From the human T2T-CHM13v2.0 reference genome, Homo sapiens: 64,000 bases of DNA. The translations under genes and the position numbers were made by a program. Shown in pieces: positions 53,652-64,000 of the stretch. The stretch is from NCBI RefSeq assembly GCF_009914755.1, contig NC_060947.1; one strand, given 5' to 3'. Position 1 is the stretch's first letter; each line of letters starts with the position of its first letter. The notes under the pieces are model-generated. The model saw only the letters and a list, made by a program, of their open reading frames with translations, did not search any database and was not told the origin of the DNA.

Positions 53652-54414
53652 TATATATATATATACGTATATATATACGTGTATATATGTATATATACAC
53701 ATATATATATACGTATATATATACGTGTATATGTGTATATATACGTATATATACGTATATATGTGTATATATACGTATATACGTATATATGTGTATATAT
53801 GTGTATATATACGTATATATGTGTATATATACGTATATACGTATATATGTGTATATATACGTATATACGTATATATACGTATATACGTATATATACACGT
53901 ATATACGTATATATATGTGTATATATACGTATATACGTATATATATGTGTATATATATGTATATATGTATATATACGTGTATATATATGTGTATATATAT
54001 GTGTGTATATATGTATATATATGTGTATATATGTATATATGTGTATATATGTATATATATGTGTATATATGTATATATGTGTATATATGTATATATGTGT
54101 ATATATATGTATATATGTGTATATATGTATATATGTGTATATATGTGTATATATTATATATGTATATATGTGTGTATATATATGTGTATATATGTATATA
54201 TGTATATATGTGTGTATATATGTATATATGTATATGTGTGTATATATGTATATATATGTATATGTGTGTATATATGTATATATGTATATATATGTATATA
54301 TATGTGTATATATGTATATATGTGTATATATATGTATATATGTGTATATGTATATATGTATATATATATAGCCCAATATGTGTGTGTATATGTGTATGTG
54401 TGTATGTGTATGTA
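53652..54414. repeat. Long compound (TA)n/(TACG)/(TATG)/(TGTG) simple repeat
   Basis: About 760 bp of almost purely alternating purine-pyrimidine sequence; source of the YI/VC-rich pseudo-ORFs. Confidence 0.97.
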
Positions 54415-54580
54415 ATATTTTAAGATTTTCACAGACCTTTCAGCCATCTAAAATTTTATTTTTTATGTATCATGAGGTAGGGATCTAATTTTATTTTTTC
54501 CATATGAATAATTCTTGAAGAGTTCATGATTTCACCACTACACTGAAGTCCCATCTTTTTCTTTTCTTTTTTTGAGATGA

Positions 54581-54781
<201 letters not shown>

Positions 54782-55421
54782 TGATCTGCCTGCCTTGGCC
54801 TCTCAAAGTGCTGGGATTACAGGCGTGAGCCACCGTGCCCGGCCTGAAGTCCCATCTTTGTCATCTTCAGTTTTTCATCCGCCCAGGCTCTGTTTCTGGG
54901 ATCTCTATTCTGTTCCTAGGGCCCTGCACACTGTGTTCACTACTTCACTTAAGCTCACTAATATATTTTGTTCTCTGATTGGACAACTCTGCCCTTAAGA
55001 TGTTTATGCTTTTCAGCCTAGTACAACTCTGCCACTGCAGTTTGTTTAGATGAACAAGCTGTGTAGCTCACTTAGCTGAAAATTGCCAGCTTGAGTTCTT
55101 AGGCAGAAATCCAAAGCACTTATTGGGATGAATAAATTATTCGGACTGAATTTCATGTCTTGCTATGAGGTGTCCTTTGACTTCGTCCCTTTTCCTCTTT
55201 GCCACTCTGTGAGCCCCCAGTTCTCAGGTCTGGCTGGCTAGAGAAGGGTGTCCTCGCAGGGAAGCAGAAATGTTCCCAGGCTCCTGATGGTGGCAGCCAG
55301 GCCTAGTGACATGGTGAAAGCGGACCCGGAGAGTGGCTGGCGTCAGCCATTCCCAGGCCATGCTCTCTGCTACGCTCCCATCAGGCAGCCATAAAAGAAG
55401 TGCTCAGGTTGATTCACTTTA

Positions 55422-55817
<396 letters not shown>

Positions 55818-56278
55818 TTAAATTTGGGGATATTTAGTAATATTTATGGTTAAGAGCCCTCAGGTCAGAGGACTCAGGGTGGAGGTACGCTGAGGCATGC
55901 AAAGCACTCAGTGACCGGAACATCAGAGTGACGGCTCAGTCAATGGTACTGATTGCCTTTTTACAAAAATTTTTTAATCAGGGTTTGCTATGTCGCCCAG
56001 GCTGGTCTCAAACTCCTGGCCTCAAGTGATCCTCCTGTCTAGCTGGGATTACAGGCGTGAGCCACCACACCCAGCTTGATTGCCTTTATTTTTATTTATT
56101 TATTTAGAGACAGGGTTTTGTTGTCACCCAGGCTGGAGTGCAGTGGCGCAATCATGGCTCTCTACAGCCTCGACCTCCTGGGCTCAAGTGATCCTCCTGC
56201 CTCAGCCTTCTGAGTAGCTGGGACCACAGGTGTGTGCCACCATGTACTGTTTGCCTTTATTATTTTAATTTTTTTTAA

Positions 56279-56401
<123 letters not shown>

Positions 56402-56904
56402 TGAGTAGCTGGGACTACAGGCGCATGCCACCACGCCTGGCTAATTTTTGTACTTTTTGTAGAGATGGGGTTTTGACATGTTGCCCAGGCTGGTCTCGAA
56501 CTCCTGGGCTCAAGCAATTCACCTGCCTCAGCTGCCCAAAGTACTAGAATTACAGGCGCGAGCCACTGTGTCACTTACATTTTCTTGATCATTGAGATAT
56601 TTTTCAATGTTTTTAATAGTAGCTCTCTGTATAGTCTGTGCAATGTTCATCATGTCCTTTGTTCATTTGTTGGAATGTTAGCATTTTTAACCACTTTATG
56701 TCTTCATTGCATAATAAATATATTAACTCTTTGTGTATTATATTTGCTGTAAAATGCCTTTCTTTTCTGTTTGTGGTCTACAAGTTTTCATATCAAAGCT
56801 GTAATGGTTTTGGCCGGGCGTGGTGGCTTATGCCTGTAATCCCAGCATTTTGGGAGGCCGAGGTGGGCGGATCACCAGGTCAGGAGTTTGAGATCAGATT
56901 CCTA

Positions 56905-57138
<234 letters not shown>

Positions 57139-57303
57139 TCATGGGGTCAAATCTTTCAATTGCTTTCTGACTTTTTTCTCCGGCATAAGGTTAAAAAGTT
57201 ACCCTCTTCCAGAGTTTTACTGACTACTCATTCTATTTGTTTTCATTTTCTAGCACTGAATTTTAATATTTAACTCTTTAATTGGGCTGAAACTAATTTT
57301 GGT

Positions 57304-57307
<4 letters not shown>

Positions 57308-57355
<48 letters not shown>

Positions 57356-57371
57356 TTTTTTTTTTTTTTTT
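57308..57371. repeat. (AT)n ~21 units followed by poly-T (Alu tail)
   Basis: Direct reading. Confidence 0.95.
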
Positions 57372-58608
57372 GAGACCGAGTCTTGCTCTGTCACCCAGGC
57401 TGGAGTGCAGTGGTGCAATCTCGGCTAACTGCAACCTCCCCCACCTGGGTTCAAGCAATTCTCCTGTCTCAGCCTCCTGAGCAGCTGGAATTACAGGTGT
57501 GCCCCACCACACCCGGCTTATTTTTGTATTTTTTTTAAGTAGAGATGGGGTTTCACCACGTTGGCCAGGCTGGTCTCGAACTCCTGACCTCGTGATCTGC
57601 CTGCCTCGGCCTCCCAACGTGCTGGGATTACAGGTGTGAGCCACCGCACCCGGCCAATGAACAGTCATTTTATAAAGGCCCAGAAAAATCATTGTGTGGC
57701 ATTTGATTTGGTATTATATTAAGCCTACATTAATTTGGAAAGAACTGATGCCATTAAAACATTTAATTCTTTCATCCAAAAACATGTCTCTGTTTATTTG
57801 CATCTTTTATATTCTCAGTGCAGCTTTGCCCTTTTCTCATATCGATCCCATGGATTTGTTAGTTTGAAAACACTTGTTGCATTTGAGAATGGCATCCTTT
57901 CCCCATTTAATTTTCTAACTTTACTGTGAATATACAAGAATGCTATTGATTTCTGGGTGTTTTTGTATCTGCTCTTTATTATTTATTTATTATTTATTTT
58001 TTGAGACAGGGTCTTGCTCTGTCACCCAGGCTGGAGTGCAATGGCGCAATCTCAGCTCACTGAAACCTCCACCTCCTGGGCTCAAGTGATTTTTCTGTCT
58101 CAGCCTCCCGAGTAGCTGCTTTGTAACTCAGCTACTTGTTGTCTGGTTGTCCTTTTTTGTGTTTCAAGGTATACAATGATATTATTAGCAAATATGGACA
58201 ATTTTGTGTCTTTTCCAATGGTTATACTCTGTTCTGTTGTTGAGAAATGCTTTAAAAGCAATAGTAGCATTTTGGGAGTCTGAGACTGGCAGATCGCTTG
58301 AGCCCAGGAGTTTGAGACCAGCCTGGGCAACATGGCAAAACCTCGTCTCTATAATAACAAAATACAAAAATTAGCCGGGCATGGTGGTGCCTGTAGTCCC
58401 AGCTACATGGGGTGATGAGGTGGGAGGATGCCTTGAGCCCGAGTTTGAGGCTGTAGTGAGCTGTGATCACACCACTGCACTGCAGACTCGGTGACAGAGT
58501 GGGACCCTAAAAAGATAAATAAATAAAAGCAATAGTAAATAATTATGATGGAGGAAGATATGTTATGTAATAGAACAGTGTGTTTAGTATGACTTTCTTA
58601 CTGTATTA

Positions 58609-58989
<381 letters not shown>

Positions 58990-59535
58990 TTATACTAGCC
59001 TGCTAGCCTGACAGATATACATAGATATGTTTATAGCAGTTGGCTCTGCATAGCAGAATGTGGTTGAATCTCCCTTTTTTTTGTTTGTTTATCCATATTT
59101 TCTAATCATTCTATGATGATCACGTGTTATTTAATTTTTAAATAATGGCAATTTTACTGCTTTTGTTCTGTCACTTCTAGGTGGATTATGTTGGCTGTGG
59201 GTTGAAACAGTTATTCTGTATATGCTAAGAATATTTCCTATCTTATTTTTAAGGGTTTTTTGTTTGTTTTTAAATTAGAACTGGGTGTTGAATTTTGTGA
59301 AGTGATTTTTTTTTGGCAGCTGCAAAGATGATCATGGTTTTCCTTGTTTCTTTTTTGTAACTGAGACATATTTTACAGAAAATAGAATGCACAGATCCTA
59401 GGTGTTCAGTCTGATGTGTTTTGACCATTGTATACACCCATGCAACCACCACTGAAAACAAGAAATGAACATTTCCACCACCCCCAGAAAGTTCTGAGGG
59501 AAATTCTGTGGTAAGCTGTTGATCTGTGTGGCTAA

Positions 59536-60084
<549 letters not shown>

Positions 60085-60114
60085 TAGATTGAAGCTTTTC
60101 AAGATCCTGCCTAA

Positions 60115-60401
<287 letters not shown>

Positions 60402-61079
60402 TGATCCACCCGCCTTGGCCTCCCAAAGTGCTGGGATTACAGGAGACAGCCACTGCACCTGGCTTCAAAGGTAATGATGGGTGAGGAGATTAGGGAATAC
60501 GTGTGGTGGGTGCAGTATTTCCGACAGTGCCACAGCCATGGGATTTTATCTGCAGGCCCCATGCCTTGTGTGTGTGCTCACTTGTTGTTAAAGTCACATA
60601 CCACTTTCTGGAACATTCTCTCCCAGAGCATCCCTTCCTTTAGTGGCTGGGTGGCTTACTTGCACTACAACACTGACCTTTCATGGGACTTGCAACCTTC
60701 AGTGACCTTGAACTCTGTCTATTACCCTGCACCAATCTCATTGCATTCTTTCTGCATGATGTGCTGTTCATAGCGGTTCATGGAATGATCCCTAGTGTTA
60801 TTTCTTCAGTTTATCATGTTATAGCAAATTGGGCAAAAACACAGAAAAGACATGTTTATATTTTTCGACCAGCTTAATATTACCATGTTGGATGTGTTTT
60901 AAATACCATGAAGTTCAAAAAATGAGCTTAATGGTAGCATTTTGCTTTCCGTCCTCTGTATATCTAGGGTAAGAAGTCTGTACAAAGGTAACAGGATTTT
61001 CTGAACTAAAAGGCCAGGGGCTCAAATTTTGGGTCTGAATGTGGCCTAAACTCTTCTATACAATTTTTGTAGCGTGATA

Positions 61080-61085
61080 TTTATT
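61080..61085 (-). terminator. Candidate distal poly(A) signal AATAAA of the minus-strand transcript
   Basis: TTTATT on the + strand near the start of the Alu-free block. Confidence 0.55.
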
Positions 61086-61869
61086 TGAGTAAAGCAAATA
61101 ATCACTGGTAGTTTATGTTTCCTTCGTATGTGTCTTCTGAAAGTGAGCCAGGTAAGCTCATTCAGGCCTGGGCTCTTTCTAGGGTGTGTGTGACACATAC
61201 AAGTGTTGTCTCTGAAGCCACCATGGTTCCTTGCTTGGGCAAAGCGTAGGGCAAGGGCAGGGAAGGAATCGTGTGTAAACCAGGTTAGTGAGGCACGCCA
61301 GGAAGCATGTCCCAGACTCCAGCCAGAGACCAAATCAAACCATGAAATCACAAAGGCACTGGGCGGAGCGGCAGTCCTGGAGCAGGCGTCCTCCCACGGC
61401 TCTTGATGCAAATGTCAACCAAGGGCCACATTTTCCATGCTGTGGCACCTACACCACCGAAATCAATTTAGACTTCTATTTCTAGGAGATGTCACAACTT
61501 AGACTTTTTCTTTTTTCTTTTTTTTTTAAGATGAAGCTATTTTAAGCCTGCATCCAAATGCAAGCAACTGAGCTGGAACTGCTTGCAGGATGCCGTCTGT
61601 TAACAGCCATGGCTGAAGACTGAAACCTGCAGGATGGGCACCAGGAGCCTGGGTCGTGCTCCTTTACAGGGCCAGGAGCTGTCCCTCTGCAACACCCCCA
61701 CCCCACCCCAACCATTGTGGGAAGGTGTCTGAGGCCTAACTGTGTGGATGAACTCTGCAGAGGCCTTTAGAAATCAGGCCATCCCTCTTCTTTTAACCCT
61801 CTGTTGTTTGTCCCCAAGCTGTTTGGCCTGCAATCTGAGGAGACAACTGCCTTTTCATGTTTTATACAT

Positions 61870-61875
61870 TTTATT
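61870..61875 (-). terminator. Candidate alternative poly(A) signal AATAAA of the minus-strand transcript
   Basis: TTTATT on the + strand in an AT-rich context with several TGTA motifs upstream on the minus strand. Confidence 0.45.
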
Positions 61876-64000
61876 CATACATTTCTCCAACTTTGAAATG
61901 ACAAAAGCCCAATTCTATGGTTTCCCATTACACAGCATCCTACAGGTATGTATATTCTACAAGGAATACTATGGAGTTTCTCTTCTTCCCCTGTCACACA
62001 AGATAACTGATTAGGGTTTCATCAACTTGTACTGTGCCGGCAGCGCACCAGCATTCTGGTTGTTCCGGCGACAGGGCAAAGGGATCAGGATGGGAGGGCG
62101 TGTGCTAAGGCATGTAAATAGATACACACAGAGAGAAAGAAAAGCAGGACATTTACAAAGAATCCAAACCTTTCCAATCCCTTCAGCTCCTGGGTGTTGA
62201 GGGACACCTCCTGCACAAACGCTCTTGCAAGCTAAGGCTCTGCTGTACCCTGCAAATACTTACAATTGGATACGGTGAAATATACAACAACCATTAACAT
62301 CTCTCTCTTTTTATCACTGAGACAATACTTCAACACCTTTTATAAAAAGGCAATAATACATACAGAAAAAAGAACACGTTGGCAAAACTTTATGCAAAAC
62401 CACCCCAGAACTGAGTTTGAATGGCGACGTGCCTACACTGCAATTAAACACGATACTCGGGTCTTAGCACGTGAGGATTGGGCGGCCTTCACATCAGTCA
62501 CGCTGCCTGCTGCACCCGGCAGCCGCCTACCTGCCTGCACAGATGACATTCCGGGAAACAGCTAAGACTGGAAATCAATTCCCCCAATTCTTGGTCTCTT
62601 CCAAATAAAAAAAAAATAGGGGGAGCCACTCACTGTGGAGGAATGCCTGTTTCTGTTCCCAAGGACAATTCTCGCTACAGAGGTTGTACTTCCTCTGGGT
62701 CCAGAGAGGGTCACCCCTAAGCCTCTGTCAGTAAGAACACTGGCGTGTTCTCTCAGTCACACACCAGAGAGAATGGAGCTAACACATAAGTAGCAGCTAA
62801 ATTCTGAGTTTCTGAGCATACGCAGAGATGGAGTTGTGCTTGGGGCCAGAAAGGAGGTCTCCTGTGTGGTGACAAACATCTCTTTCCATTTTCTTTTGCT
62901 CAGTCCATTTGCACAGGTTCGAGGGAGTTGATGGAGGGTCAGACGAGAGGTGGTGGGAGCTCAGGATTTTCTATTCCCACAAAGAGCTAAGACTTAGGAG
63001 TGCTGGCCCCAGAGATGGTGCGGCCCTCTTTCTACTTCTGTTTCTGTGGGCTCTGTCTGCCCACCTGCTGCACAAAGCAAGGCAGGGGAAAGACCGGATG
63101 GGAACATGGTGGTGAATATCCTCTTTTTTTCCCTTTTCCCCCACTTCCTGGATGTAGGTGACAGCTAAACTTCACCCACTAAGCTGGAAAATCTGGGACT
63201 CCCCATAGCTCCAAGTTTAAGGCAAACTGATGTGTGTGTGCACAGGCAAAGCCAATCAAGCCATGAGCTTGGAGGAGAGTCCTGTATCCAGAGATTCCAA
63301 ACAGAGAGGGAAATCTTATTTCTAAAGGAGTTAGAAAAGGAAAGGCTCTGGCAAATGAAATGATCTGTGATTAAAGCTTGTAGCCTTTCTGTAAGCTGCA
63401 GTGAGAAGGAAAGCATCTTTTAATAGAAGAATTAATTAGAGGCGCAGAACAAGAAAGCCACGCTCAGGGACCTTTAACTTATTACAGCCTGTAATCGCTC
63501 TCAGTATTGTAAGCCCTAGTCAAGAGGATGGAATTAGGAGGCTGTGTTCAGTTCTGAGAAAACAAGAAACACACACGAGTTTGATAATAGGAAGCAAGAA
63601 GGAGGAGGGATGAGGATGACAAGGAGCTTGGTTTTGGAATGCCGATTCCAAGGTGCCTTCTCTTTTCAAAGAGACAGTGTGGGAGGCATTTCTATTAAGA
63701 ATTTGTTAATCAAGCAGTTTTCTTGGTAGCTTTAGCAACACATTCTCTTTGCCCCAAGTTAAGAAACTGGCCTGAAATGAAAAAAAAAAAGGACATGACA
63801 TCAGTGGGGGACAAAAGAGAGCTGGCTTTGGGCTGCCTTGTTTTTCAGGGGCAGTTTCCACGCTGGGAATCTTCCTGGAGGGTGGTTCAATTGACTAAAC
63901 TTTTTCAAGAAATAAACTTGAAGCCTTAATGAAGAGACAAATACAAGTGATTTAAAAACAAAAGAACTCTGCAGCGATCAGATCAAAGGCTGTAAAAAGG

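Larger units (their letters stand above)
61060..64000 (-). other. CASK: Probable distal 3' UTR of CASK (convergent neighbour of NYX)
   Basis: About 3.5 kb free of recognisable Alu/L1 after ~60470 in an otherwise Alu-saturated window; minus-strand AATAAA at 61085-61080 and 61875-61870; known Xp11.4 order NYX(+) then CASK(-). No CASK coding sequence is visible, so the identity is inferred. Confidence 0.65.

Noticed and set aside
53628-54447. 230-250 aa Tyr/Ile/Val/Cys-rich ORFs on both strands
   Set aside because: Translations of an alternating simple repeat that cannot contain stop codons.

Overview
Primate (almost certainly human) genomic DNA that I recognise as Xp11.4. The window holds the 3' part of the large NYX (nyctalopin) intron (1-19578) and the terminal NYX exon (CDS 19579-20987, + strand; poly(A) signal 21685). 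About 39 kb of repeat-rich intergenic DNA follows, then an Alu-free 3-kb tail (~61060-64000) that is probably the distal 3' UTR of the convergent neighbour CASK. A full-length GEMIN7 processed pseudogene with one nonsense codon lies antisense about 0.7 kb upstream of the NYX exon, nested inside a split solo LTR. By eye there are roughly 80 Alu copies or fragments (about one third of the window), plus L1, MaLR/ERV LTRs, MADE1, MER33, MER5A, L2 and MIR. Almost all ORFs in the supplied track are Alu, L1 or microsatellite artefacts. I found no convincing new biological system. The most unusual structures are (i) a ~2.5-kb block of older genomic DNA apparently inserted into a MaLR LTR with a ~14-bp duplication, (ii) a possible Alu-GEMIN7 composite retro-insertion, (iii) a four-layer L1>Alu>MADE1>Alu nest beside a perfect SETMAR site, and (iv) a ~760-bp alternating purine-pyrimidine tract with CpG confined to one half. 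Repeat family names and boundaries are from visual recognition and need RepeatMasker confirmation.
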